Of a DNA stretch of 64,000 bases, positions 38,759 through 51,535 are shown piece after piece. The position numbers and the translations under genes were made by a program. The notes under the pieces are model-generated. The model was not told the origin of the DNA. It saw nothing but the letters and a program-made list of their open reading frames with translations, and did no database searches. Within the stretch, counting starts at the first letter, position 1. Every line of letters begins with the position of its first letter. This DNA comes from Hydrolagus affinis (lineage: Eukaryota), in NCBI GenBank assembly GCA_012026655.1, contig JAAILG010001238.1:1-64000 (forward strand), read 5' to 3'.

Positions 38759-38832
38759 ATGCCTGACCTGCTGAGTTTCCCCAGCAACTTCTGTTTTTGT
38801 TTCAGATTCCCAGCATCTGTAGTATTTTGTGT
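38759..38832 (+). repeat. Fragment of a common chondrichthyan interspersed repeat (possibly Penelope-associated)
   Basis: gcctgacctgctgagtttccccagca...tttcagattcccagcatctgtagtattttg is recognised from memory as a high-copy shark repeat end; the family assignment is unverified. Confidence 0.55.
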
Positions 38833-39221
38833 TCTATTCATGCAGGTGATGGTTTCAGCTTGTGAAGAACTGGTAGAAGAGAGGTTGAGATCTGTGACAG
38901 CTTAAAGTTTTAATCTGCCTGTGTGATGGGATTCCTTCACCTGCCCTTTGATCTGAAGAAGAATCAAGTAAGACTTAATGTGTTTGAGTTGAAAACACCC
39001 TGATTAAAGGAAGAAAAACAGTCAATTGTCTTGAAATCTGAACCAGTTGAAGATTGCTATGAGCCACAAGAGGGCACTTCAAGTCTGCACTAGATACAGT
39101 ACTGAGGTTTCCTCCGCTTTATTGAAGTCAGTGGAATAAATGTATTGGATATCTAGTCAAGGGGAGTTGAGACAGTTATCTTGGCCTTTTTTGTAACTAG
39201 ATTGCTCGCTTGTTCAATGAT

Positions 39222-39284
39222 AACAACAACAACTTGCATTTATACAGCGCCCTCCACGCCGGGCGACATCTGAAAGCGCTTTAC
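39222..39284 (-). mobile_element. L2-type 3' terminal fragment, variant B
   Basis: caacaacaacttgcatttatacagcgccctccacgccgggcgacatctgaaagcgc; a second copy lies at 47310. Confidence 0.8.
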
Positions 39285-39587
39285 ATGATAGGCATGCAAG
39301 CAATCAATGTGTCCAAGAGAAGACTGAGAAAACAACTCGCCTATTTTTCTGGGCATCATGTTCACTTCATGTTCCTTGGCGTAACCTTGTTCCCATTCTG
39401 AAAAGGCTGCAGAAATTTGTAGCAACCGTGTCAGGGCAAACACTAACTGATGAATGAATAATTGTGCCAAGTTCACATTACATTCGTCCGCAATCGGCTA
39501 CCAGTGGCTCTGATTATGATCACATAGATTATTATGTGAGGTTGAGGCTGATTGGGTTTCCCATCTCAAAACTGGGTAATTTCGGTT

Positions 39588-39707
39588 CATCATAAACATG
39601 CTGCTACAAGGCCATGATACTGAAGTCTGTATCATGGTTTTGTAGCAGCATGATTAATAATGTGGAAGAGCGGCATGTTTAATAATAGCAGCGTGTTTAA
39701 TAATGTG
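39588..39707 (+). repeat. Inverted repeat (24-bp core arms, 8-nt loop) with a triplicated right end
   Basis: catgctgctacaaggccatgatac-tgaagtct-gtatcatggttttgtagcagcatg, overlapping three copies of agcagcatgtttaataat. Confidence 0.9.
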
Positions 39708-39955
39708 CAAACTCATTTATATTCAACATAGGGACTTTTCTATTTGAAGCATACAATCCTGGTACTGAGTTCAATGAGACTTCTCTGTTGAAATACTGCA
39801 GTGTATTGCAGCAACACTGAACCTTTCAGTATTTGCAATACTTTGAAGTTTCCGAGTCGTTTCATGTATTGTGTTAAAACAGAGTTGTGCGAAAGTATAG
39901 AATTTTAAAGTTATTGACAGTGAGTCATGTAAAATATTCCAAAATTATAACATTA

Positions 39956-40298
39956 CATCCTGTAGCTTAGTGGTTAGAGCACTCACCTTTCAAGCAAGTA
40001 GACCTGGGTTTGCTTCCCAGCAGTATGAAATCATTGGGCTAGTTTCTTACTCCACACACCTCTGTTTACCTAGCAGTAAATGGGAACCCGATTGTTAGTA
40101 ATTGGCAAATTGCTTTTATGGGGGTAATAATTCCTTTAAAAATATAATAAATTGGTCACTACAATCCACAACAGCTTGTGCACACTGCTGTGCACAATCG
40201 ACTGCCGTGTTTCGCCCACAACATAACGTTACAGTGTATTCTGTGAAGTACTTTGAGAATTCCAGACATGATCCAGGCTGTATAAAATGCAAGGTTTA
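39956..40298 (+). mobile_element. tRNA-derived SINE, full length, long subfamily
   Basis: Same head, body and tail plus an extra block ctctgtttacctagcagtaaatgggaacc... Confidence 0.9.
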
Positions 40299-42529
40299 TC
40301 AAACTTGCATTTATATAATGCCCATTGCTTGGGGTAGTGTCTCAAAGGGCTTATACACTTAAACACTAGACAGTTTCCTTCACAAAAAGGGATGAAAAAA
40401 AGAGTAACTGTCAGAACCATTCACAAATACCCGAAGGACTATTTTGACAAGAGAAAGGAGAGTCAAGATGAATGAACAAGATTTGACCTTCTTTTTGCTA
40501 AGTTGCCACTTCAACCAATGCTGGGTATTCCACAAACTGCCAGCAATCCGTTAAAGCTACAATACATCATCTTGAGAGAGTTATTATTGCAAAGTATACC
40601 AGGAAAGCCTTACTCGCATATGTGGTTAACTTTAATAAGATATGTGTGAACTTGTTTGTTATTTCTCACTGATTGGAAACCTATTCATGTCTGTCATGGA
40701 GTCAGGTTGGGAATTCCACTGGCTAGCATCAAGGATGATAATTCTTGAACCTAAATAGTAATCTTACTTGGTTATAACACAAGATCTTACACAGATCTAA
40801 TATAGTATTTCAATTTTACAATATATTTCTGGTGCTGTAATATATGTTTCCTGACCTTAAAATTGCAAGATAAACAGAATATCAGCAACTAATCTTGAGT
40901 TGGTTTGATATTTTAGATTGGTTGTGAAGACATCTGATTGTTTCTCACGCTAACTGGGGCAAAGCTAACTTAGCAAGCTTTTTTTTAAAGAAAGTTTAGG
41001 AATAACTGATGCTCCACTTTTAAGTTCCTAATGTTAGAAAAGAGCATCCAAAGCTTAGAAACGACAGTGGCCACCGGAAGCCGATATACAAAGTTTCAGA
41101 ATGTACACATACTATTCTCTCCTTTCCCCAAATAAGTAACGCTGCGAGCAGTTCAATTGAAAGCATTAATTCAGTTGGAATTTTAATATTTAATATAGAT
41201 CAATTTTTTTTTCTACTTATTGTCCATGGACCTTTTATTCGATTAATAAGTGTTATTCTCTGGAGGAATCTGAATTGTCTCCACATGTGGTACTTAAAGC
41301 GAACAGGAGAAAAAGCAAACAAAACACTGGAAATTATTTCTTGAAACTTGGTACTGGCACTCATAAACTACCGTGATGTTATCTTAAATGGGAACAAGCT
41401 TATTTCCATGAATTCTTGGGAGTACAGACAAGTCTTTTTTATTGATACTGTCAACTTGCCAGAATCCAAGAAATGACAATAAGTAAGAAATTACGATGAC
41501 AGTGAATGTGGTATATTACCTTTTGCCTCAGTGAATCAGGCAAGATGAAGCATTTAGCAAAGAATTTACTACAAAATGAGTAAGTCTGAACGTGTACCGA
41601 CTGTTACTGTGCTGTTTTGTGGACATCTTGATCTTGACCAATATCCTGGCCTCGCCAATCATCCTGGTAGCCTCTTCCAATCTTTAATTACCATCTGAGT
41701 AAAGAAACATTTCCATGTGTAACTTGACATATTTGCTTAAGCGTTGATGTGAAGCGATTTAGTATTCTAAACATCTGTTTGCATCGTATAGTCTTTCAAC
41801 TGTTGCGGGGCATGTTATCTGGGAATTTCTCAGCAGCTGCAATTAGCAAAGTCAGGCGGTGTGAAGACGTAGTCAATTATTGTCAGATGCTAGACAATAG
41901 CTTTTCAAATTATGCGTGTTGGTAAATTTAAATTGTAAATCGACAGAATTATCATTGTGCAATGTCAGATATGGGAAAAATATTTGGCTTTACCTGTGTA
42001 ATATTGCCAATAATATTGGCAAAGTTGGGATTTTTCAAATTCAGCAGACAAGGAGATCCAAACAGAACATAGAAACAACATAGCACTTTCTAATTTCATT
42101 TCAACCAGTTGCAGGTGTGAAGATTGTAAGATTGAACAACTGCTTTTTCTGTCACTGGAACTTCAGTCTTTCCCTTTATTGATAGATTCCACTGTGAACT
42201 GAACTGTACTCAACACCAGCCCTACCCTTATCAATGCAGCCGAGCTCTTCCCCTTCTTGCTATCCTTCGCATCGAGGAATACCTTGTTAAAGATTTCTTG
42301 AGGCAACAATCAGTCTTTAATCAATGTATTCACACTCAGTCTAACAGCGATCCAGCTATTTAAATATTAATGGAACAAGAAATATCAGGCAGACCGCACA
42401 AAGATGAAACAGATTAAAAAATCAACAATAGATCAAAAGGTTCAGTTCATGATCATGGTCAAAGGAAGAATAGTTGATATATTTCAGAAAAGAAACAAAT
42501 AGCTTTAAAAATTAATAACAAAAAATTGC

Positions 42530-42905
42530 AGGAGGTTCTAGAAGGTGGGGGCAGAAAGACCGAAAAACCAACTGCTGATAGAAGGCAGGCAGGGCAAGGA
42601 ACATGGAGCAAGCCAGTGCCTGCCAAGTGGAGGAGGGAGTGGGCTGGTGAGTAAGGTTACAATAAGTCACAGAGGTAGGGAGGAACAAGACTATGGATGG
42701 CTTTAAAAGTGAGAACAAGATTCGTGAACTTGATCCTCTGGGGCCTGGGGAGCCAGTGAAGCCAAGCAAGATGGGGGTGACTGGCTCGTGGTGCTTGGTG
42801 TGAGAGTACACATGAAGTTCCGAGTTCTGAATTTAATCTGCTTCTGGTGGAGGGAAAAGCTGGAAATCTGGCAAGCAGGGAATTAGTATAATCAATCCAA
42901 GCCAA
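42530..42905 (-). mobile_element. L2 LINE ORF2 C-terminal fragment
   Basis: Minus ORF 42657..42929 IDYTNSLLA...LAWLHWLPRPQRIKFTNLVLTFKAIHSLVPPYLCDLL. Confidence 0.9.
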
Positions 42906-43449
42906 TAAACAGCAACATATAGTGTTCATATACTGCTCTTCATGTGGGGCAGATTCTCGGAATGCTTTAATTTACAAGGATGGGGTCATAGGTTGAGTAA
43001 AGGAGAGTGGAGTGGTATTACAACTTCCAGCTTTCGAATATGTATATTCCTTACCAATGGAGTTTGTATCATTATTATACGCAACATCAGAAATCACAAA
43101 TTATGGAAGAGATTTCTTCTAAACAACCTTGATTCAAAATATTAAATTCACACACAGAAGGTTTCACTTTGTAAATTGTCACTTTCAGACAGGTTGATAG
43201 TACAGTATTCAGGAAGTAAACAGACAAGTCAATAGAGGAGACAATAGGTGGAATTCGATACCCCAGCCTGAAGAGAAGCTTTATTGAACGCTGAGGTCTA
43301 AATAAGTAAGCACAGATGAAAGCTAGCTTCCTTGAAAGTAAATGATAACCCTGGATTGTTATCTAGTAATGTGATGCAGAAATGACATAACATTAAACTG
43401 ATTCACATAGTTTGAATAGAAGATGATAACTTTGAATATTCCTTATGAA

Positions 43450-44400
43450 CCATTCATTGAAAAATTAAAATCATATACAAGAAAGGGATAAACATATCAA
43501 GGTAATGTTTAAGGACATCAAGTGATGAGTGTCCTACTAGACAATGTAGACAACTGTTTGCCTGATTCTTTATGGAGCCTCTAGAGGCATATGCACAAGA
43601 CAAATCCTGTATTAATGCAAAGACTAAAATAAAGATAGAACCAAAGAAAATGCTAAATGTCGCTAGTTTAGAAGCTTTATTTGTCACTGTATCATCCAAA
43701 TAATGCATTCCGAAAATACATCCAAGTAAAACTGTTGCAAGAATGATAAAAATATACATTTCATGTTTGTGTAACCAACAATCCATTCAACAAGACCAGT
43801 GGGTAATAAGTAGTCGTCTGCATAGCAGTTAAAATTACCTTTGGGTGATGTAGAGCAGCTCAGAATTATGAAAGAACTAAAATAGCTCAGCTCAGCTGGA
43901 AAAAAAAAGAAAATAATGTACAAGAGAGCAACAATCGTATGCTAAAAATGGAAACACATCACAAAATCATCTTCAATATAAAGAAAGGTATGTAAATCAC
44001 TTGAGGAAATGCTACAATATATACAACGGGATACAAAAGCACCAAATGAAGATAGGGACTAAAAGTTACAGAAGGCAAACAGTAATAAATCCCAAATATG
44101 GATCCTGACAGTACCCTAAGGATCAACACCGTGACAACCACTGACACTAGTCCCAAGAGATCCTGTACAAAAGAGCTGTCTACATCTCATTTAGTTCCAG
44201 GAACTTGTAAAACATTTAAAATGAAACCAAGTATCAAGGTTATGCATCAGAAATTAGCACCTCATTACACAGGAATGTAGCAGGCTATTAAATACAGACA
44301 ACCGAGTCAGACATTATTATTAAAAGCCAGCAGAAAGCTGATAAAATCTAACATTGTGAGACACTAAAGCAGTGATGTGTAAACCTAATTCATCACCCTC
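43450..44400 (-). mobile_element. Very old LINE reverse-transcriptase remnant (L2/CR1 group)
   Basis: Minus ORF 43684..43923 contains NCYADD; there is a decayed GVPQG-like motif near 44100-44135 and LGCIF...NKASKL in ORF 43454..43786. Confidence 0.5.
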
Positions 44401-44985
44401 CAAGTCCTCTGATGAGCAAGGCTCACTGGTCTATCATCAGTCCTATGGATCTGCCTGGTTCAGAAACGGGACTACCAAGACAGCAAGAGAGAATTGATTC
44501 AATTTCGACATTCTGTTGCCAAGTACAGCACCAAAGGAGCCAACTCAACTACAAGGAGACCACAATTAACTTTCCCTCGAGGAGGGACAGTTCATCCTCA
44601 AAACATCACCACTCTTTTTACTGTATATTAGTACATGAGTACAGATACACACAATGTTGCTCTTCGCTTTCAAGTGTTATTGAGACGCATGATTCTTTCA
44701 AGAAATTTTAGATTTCAGACAATTATTAACTGGGATGTTCAACGGCGGATATGAAATTAGTAATGTTTCACAATGTATTCAATGCGCTGTTCATCATATC
44801 AAATGGTCATCTAATTGAATATGCTACAAAGCACCTTTAATGTTTCGCCTAACAGTGCTACATTTGTTGGGGTCTTCCCCCTACCCACCCACTCTCTTTT
44901 TTTGTTGTACTACTATCTCCGAAGATACAAGTTGAGCCCGTGATTCATAAGTGGAGATACCATTGGCTGTCTTTAACATCAGGCA

Positions 44986-45114
44986 TTTGATTTCAACTTC
45001 ACAGCTACTGGTGTGATATTTTCACTGTCACAGTAGGGGGTCCAAGAAAGAGCCGACTACAAAGGAAATGTGGAATTGAAAATATCACGCCTGCAGCTGG
45101 GAAGTGGAATCAAA
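44986..45114. repeat. Imperfect palindrome (~46-bp arms, ~36-nt spacer)
   Basis: Left arm tttgatttcaacttcacagctactggtgtgatattttca; right arm reverse complement tttgattccacttcccagctgcaggcgtgatattttca. Confidence 0.85.
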
Positions 45115-46219
45115 ATATTCACACCAGAGGAATTGACTTTCTCACATATAATATTACAAAAAAAGTTATACTCCAAATATATAGAAACACATAAAAGGTC
45201 CTTTCATTCAGAATTGACAAAGAATCTCGAAACAGAAATGTTATTGAAAGAAGAACATTCCTGGACTTGGAAAACGTCAATGAAAATCCTTTACCTTTTG
45301 TAAAAAAAATCTATTCGACTACTAATCACATATTTACAGACCATGATTGATTTGAGCTAAACGGTATTTAAAATGCAATAAAGAAAATTAATTTAGTGTA
45401 AGCAATTTTCATAAAACTCAGCCATAATCACTTTACCCTTCATTGCTTTTATGAACCAATAAAATTTATATAGGCATGGTCATGTTTTCTTTGCAAAGCC
45501 TATAACTATGTTCCATAATTTGTTTTGCAATCGTGCGTTATAATCTTAAAGATCTGCAATAATACTCAGCATATTTTGTTGTCAAATTGCAGTAGTTCTC
45601 AATGACATATATCAGGATGAAGTCATAACATGCTGGATTTAAAACAAAGTCAATACAGGTTAATTATGCATCATAAATAATTTTAAAAATAACAAGAATG
45701 CTTTACTTTGCATTTAATCACATTTAATGGGGTCTAATATATAGCAATTACTATTGTGATTTCTTGAAAGCTTGCCCAATATCATTGCAATACTATCATC
45801 TTTTCGAGTAGAGTTCCCGGGAGCTGACATTATGTGCTTTAAACTGCACTCTGTGAGTCATGGAAGTCCATCCCAAATTGAGCTTCAGGGATTAAATTAG
45901 TTATAGTACCATGAGGGCTGTTAGAATTCAAATATTTATAAAGACACATAGCCGTTCGATATGCTTGGCTTGGCATTCTTCAGTACCGTGGCAGTCTTCC
46001 TCATCTATCTGGTTGCCACAAGCATTTGTCTCCAGCATATTGAGGTGATCCCATGGAGTGCAGAATAAGTATTGTACCCTGACTTTCAAAAGCTTTCTCT
46101 GTATTCAAGTGCTAATGCCAGAAGTGAAAATGACATCCAAATCCTAAGGGTACCAAGCCATATACATTCTTTTACAAACATGGTTTCCAAGCACGAATCT
46201 AGATGGTACTCTGCTAACT

Positions 46220-46290
46220 TAACGTCTTCTAGACATCTCAAAAGCGCTTCACAGAATATACTGTAAAGTGAATTGACTGTGTTTGTGGGG
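46220..46290 (-). mobile_element. SINE internal fragment
   Basis: acgtcttctagacatctcaaaagcgcttcacagaatatactgtaaagtgaattgactg; a further tail piece lies at 46463-46515. Confidence 0.85.
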
Positions 46291-47189
46291 TATTTGGTAA
46301 AGCCATTTAAATCTATTGAAGTAACTTTAGAACTTTGGCACTACCTTTTTTTTAAAAAGAAAATGTAGTGCTTTATGCAGCACAACTTTTAATTTATGGG
46401 GAAAAATGTTCTTGATGTTCACAGTATATTCATCATCACCTGAGGCTTTTCCTTTCAATATGATAATAATAATCATCTTTGCAATTAACATAGCACTTTT
46501 TGCATCTTCTAGGTGTTTTCTTTCTTCTCATGATTCCTTTAATTTCAATCGATTCATTTCAAAGTCGTTAAATGTCAACTCTGAAAGGTTTTCTATTTTT
46601 TTAACAGCAAATGTTTTAAGGTGAAAGGTGTGCTTGAGAGTATTACAAGCTATAATCCTTTAAACCCCCAAAAACTAATGTACTTGGGGGTGATAGTTCA
46701 CTCCACTTGACTCTAATGATTTAATAGAAACTCACTATCTGTCAAGAATTTGCTATTTTTCTGATTGCTTTACACTTTCAATGGTTTGGGAAAGATATTC
46801 ACAGTGTTGAGTACATGGACGTCTTAGACAGCTTATTCACAAAGCATTTTAAACTACTCCAAAGAATGCGACGTTTTAGAATCACAGATAAAGGGCCAAG
46901 GGATATTGTGCAAGAAACCAAAAAGGATACAAACGTTGGAAAAAAATACAATAAATGAAGAGTTTATTGTAAGTAAGTAAAGAAAAACTGGCTTTTTAAA
47001 GTCTATAGATTGTAAAAATACATTGATAACAATCTTCACATCTAAGATAAAGTTGAGGCTGGCAAAGAGTTTCGATATCATGAATCCACATAAGAAAGAG
47101 TTACAATAGGAAACTGCAATGAGTCTTAGATTTTCCAGGCCACAACTGGATTTCTTGGAATTCCAGGGAAGAGGAAATCATTCATTCGA

Positions 47190-47530
47190 AGATAGGCGAA
47201 GAAGAGACAAGACAGAACTGTCAGGGCAGAGATTTCCAGAGATTCAGGACATAGTGGCTGAAAGCACCATCATCAATGCTGGAGCAGGGAGTCGAGGGAT
47301 ATACAGAAGACAACAACAACTTTGATTTATAAAGCGCCCTCCACGCCGGACGGCGATTCAGAGATGCGAGCAAGCTGAGCAAATGTGGTGGATAATAGAG
47401 TGGGGGTGTAAGCAGATCAGAGAGATGGGGGGGTGCCAGGGTATAAAGTGATTTGAAAGCTAGATTGATGATCTTAAAATCGATCTCTTCTGAAGCAGGG
47501 AGCCAACAGGCAAGAATTGGGGTGAAGGAA
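47190..47530 (-). mobile_element. Old L2 3' fragment with a nested variant-B L2 tail (47310-47362)
   Basis: gatttccagag...ggctgaaagcacc and gatcttaaaatcgatctc...gggagcca match the reverse of the L2 C-terminus; interrupted by acaacaacaactttgatttataaagcgccctccacgccgg. Confidence 0.7.
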
Positions 47531-48043
47531 CTGTAGCGCGCAGAATAGGTCAGGATGCAGAATATAACAGGAAAGTGTCAGAGAAACTATAATCATAGCA
47601 GTGCAATTAAAAAAAACACAGGTTCACCATGAAACGATTCAGGAATTGCTGCTATGGATTGAATAATTATCTTAATTGCAGCTTCTAATCCACTGTCTTT
47701 AAATTTTTATGGCATTGTTAAATTGATGTTGTAAAGTGTAACCCAATGTGACAATTGGGCAACTGTACTTTTACACCTGGGCAGGCATAAGCATTTGTTT
47801 GTGTTGTTAATCATACTGCCAAGTGTCTGATCTTTCTTATCAGGATTTAAGTCTATAGAATACACAGTGAGTTCCAATGGGATTCCTTAAAATGCAGACA
47901 CCACCAGATAAATGAAGTTAGCTCATGCACCATTTTATGGGTACTCTTCACAAAAATGGATGGGTTGCCTCAGGGCGAGATATTTTTAGTTTCCTTATTA
48001 ACAAGTTACATGTGGAAGTGCACATATTACAACAAAATACTGT

Positions 48044-48099
48044 ACAATAAAATTACATTTGTATAGCGCTTTTCACGTAAGGAGGACGTCCCAAAGCCC
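48044..48099 (-). mobile_element. L2 3' terminal fragment
   Basis: aaaattacatttgtatagcgcttttcacgtaaggaggacgtcccaaagc. Confidence 0.85.
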
Positions 48100-50297
48100 T
48101 AAATCATAAAACAATATAAAAAATTGTTCCTGCAACGACGAATATAGTTGCATTTTTAGCTCTGCCCACTCTTTCATCCTTTCTTCAAAAAGTATTGCTG
48201 AACTTTTATTTGTTTTTTTCCCCCAAAACTTTGTCCAATATAGAAGACTTTGGACTTTGCAGTGCCACCACTGTCTGATTCAGGTAAGTGCAATATCACC
48301 TGAGACCTGAAATTAATTATAAAACAGATTGTACTGTGAAAATAATGCAGAATAATAATTCAAGATCTATGTTTGAAGTTTGCACAAAAATTACCCTAAA
48401 GTATTATTGCTAATAAATATTGAGACTAGATTGGACACACGTTACTTCCTTTGCACATAGTGGTGTCTAAAATAGCACAACTCTACTTTGTTTCAAAATA
48501 TCTTTAGATGATTATCTTGCGTTTTCATCCTTGGAGCACTGAATGACCTTTGCAACTTGCATAATAGGCATATTTTCCGTCATAAATATTCAAGAATAAT
48601 TTCTTGTAAATGTCCTGCATTTGTTCCCTTTCACTGAGGGGGAAATATTGCCCCTGGACTATTCTGATCGTAAAATGTTAGATGAAGGGATGGATGGATA
48701 TAGTGCATGTATAATCCAAAAATATGATAATGTTTAATTTATTCTGTATTCTATCAGATTTATTCTGTACATTTCAGGCTGAAAACTATGTGTTTGCATT
48801 GAAAACTTGTGTGAAAATTTGAGATGCAATGCAATATTTTAGATAAACATTTACATCTATTTCCAACCAGAATTATTTTCATTCCTTTGGAATTAGCTAT
48901 CTTAATACTTTTAATTCTTATGGTCATGGTGCAGGTCTTTCAGCTCAGAAAACATAAGTATTAAATTAAGTAAGCAGCTCACACATTTTAAATTATTAAT
49001 GGAATTGTTAATAGTCAAGGGAAAATTATTTTTTTCTGTTGATATTTCACCATGACATTTAAATGAAACAACAGTTCAACTTCTAGATTTGCAGTTGGAC
49101 AATACTATACTGCACTACTGAAAGACTGTAAATACTATTGTTGACCATTTTATATTAGCCAGTTGAGAATTAGTCACATTTTTGTATTTGCTAAAATAAT
49201 TTATGTACCCTGTAATTAAAATGTAAAAATAATAACATAGACTAGCCAAAAATACTGATTCCAAATATTTGTTTGGAATGAGGTCTTTTATATCAATGTC
49301 CATGGTCAGGAATCATTATTAAATCAAAGATTAAGTGTTCATCCATCATGTTTAAACCAGTTTTCCCTATGCTTGTTGGAGTTTGTTTTTATGAAAGTTG
49401 CATGGTTGTGTTATGCTGGTTACAGGTTCTCTACTGACCAACTGAACAGTCAATCAAGCCCTCAGTTTCACAGCAGTGCTCCCCCATCACTGCATGAGGG
49501 TATCAGTCTACTCTAGACAATGGGAAAGAGTATAGAAGGTGTGAACCAGTTGGATGCAAATGACTATGAATTTCAATGTGAACATCTGAAATTGTAATAG
49601 GTGTGTTGCAAAGGTTTGGGTCGGTGCATGTTTTGTAGTAATGTGTTAAAAAGTTCATTAGCAGCATTTCTGAACGCTTCAGAACAATTAAACGAGCAAC
49701 ACTTGTTCTCAGAATCACCTTTCTTTACATTGGTTGTTTAATCCATAATTGAAAGTGACCTGTATTTCGCCATGTACAAATTTGTTCACACATATCTTGC
49801 ACAACTCACAAATTAGACTGCAGTGTCATTGTGTAGTTTGCAGTCTATGTCAAAGTATATTCACTCTGTTTCATCTTCAGTTCCAATAATACTGTGATAA
49901 ATCACTGCAGGCCTATAAATCCAAAATCCCAGTATCAGATGTGAAAGAAAGTGAAACAGATCATCACAGACAGACACCGGGAAATCATAATTACAAAAAG
50001 TTGAGGCAAATGTTAAAGTGCATGTCTTAAAGGGCAAATATTATCTAATGAGAGCTGAAAATTAACACACAATTTTCCCCACACAGTCTCGTTACTGGCT
50101 ATGAATGATCAAAGTAATACACAGAGTAACTTGGATGCTGGAAATGAATGCAGCTTTCATGTGTGATGAAAGTTTACAAATGTATCTTGAGATTTCTTTT
50201 CAAAGATAGTACTCAAATCATGGCTTAGGGCAATTTGTGACTGGGTAACTTATAGAACAACATTTCAAGGGCTTTCATTTATTAAAGTGGGTCTGGT

Positions 50298-50360
50298 ATT
50301 GGGACGTCCTCCCGACGTGAAAGGCGCTCTATAAATGTAATTTGTTGTTGTTGTTGTTGT
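50298..50360 (+). mobile_element. L2 3' terminal fragment (near-consensus)
   Basis: ttgggacgtcctcccgacgtgaaaggcgctctataaatgtaattt(tgt)n with CpGs intact. Confidence 0.92.
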
Positions 50361-51227
50361 ATTAAGCTTTAAGGGAATATAACCCCTGCTCCAGTTATGT
50401 CGTTGCACTGGTTTTAATTATTAATGGAGTTTTAAATGAGAGAGATATAACACAGAGTGATACTGGTACATTAAAAGAGAAAGATTTAGTGCAGCTCTGT
50501 GATACAGCAAATCAAAATTAGTCCTGCAAGGCCCACAGCATAGTTTCTTCTTTCTAGTTAAAGAACAAGTATAATTAAGCGACTTGAAATCAAATTTCTC
50601 TGAGGAAATGGAAATGTTCTCATGGGTCTTTGTTACTTTTTTGTTCCAGCACCATTAAATATTCCGACATTTGAATTTGCAAGTTGTTTGCAAATGCACA
50701 CAAATAGCTATGCCTGCCCATAAAAAGTGAATGAAACCATCATTAAGTCTACACTTGATGTTGTGTCACAAGTGTTTGAAAAATACAATTGGAAGGAAGT
50801 GTAATAGCTTTCATGGGGGTGGGGGAACTTCTTAAAGTACTGCACAGGAGTACTATAAATTGTGCATTTTATACATTCTAATTATCATTTAGGAACTATA
50901 CAGAATTTGCACAACCAAATAACATAAATCAAGGGCACTTCAGTTAATGGATCGACTGCAGGAGAGGTATGGAGAATGTTAATTGGAAATCCTTGCAGTA
51001 AATTAGTTGCTGCCAGTGGTGAACATACATCTGATTGGAAAGCTCCAGTGAGTCAAAGAAATGGGGCATCGGGTGAATAATGTGCAATTGAATCTGTTAG
51101 AAAAAATTGCATTTTTCAGTCCATTCTGAATTCCATTCCGCTAAGAAGATGCTTTGAAATAGGAATTACTTTAAGAACGGTTTTGTGGCTTTTATGACAT
51201 CTGATGCATATTGCAGCTTCAAAACCA

Positions 51228-51535
51228 GCATCCTGTAGCTCAGTGGTGAGAGGACTCACCTTGCAAGCGAAAGACCTGGGTTCAGTTCCAGGAAGGGCGA
51301 AACCTTGGGCAAGTTTCCTTACTCCACACGTTCAATAATCCCTTGAAAACCCCCCAAATAAATTGGTCATTTCAATCCATGGCTGTTTGTGGGATACTGC
51401 TGTGCGCAATTGGCTACCATGTTTCGCCCACATATATGTAGTCAATTCACTTTACGGCATATTCTGTGAAGCGCTTTGAGAAATCTAGAAGATGTAAAAA
51501 GTGCAATATTATATGCAAGGATTATTATTATTATT
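51228..51535 (+). mobile_element. tRNA-derived SINE, full length, short subfamily
   Basis: Head tcctgtagctcagtggt, body and (ATT)n tail. Confidence 0.95.

Noticed and set aside
39630-39652. Identity with miR-15/16 or miR-103/107 (tagcagca; tacaaggccatga)
   Set aside because: The seed-like word lies at the 3' base of the stem and the segment order does not match those precursors.
41520-41694. Minus-strand exon with good splice sites
   Set aside because: Stop codons occur in all three frames; it could only be non-coding, and there is no other support.
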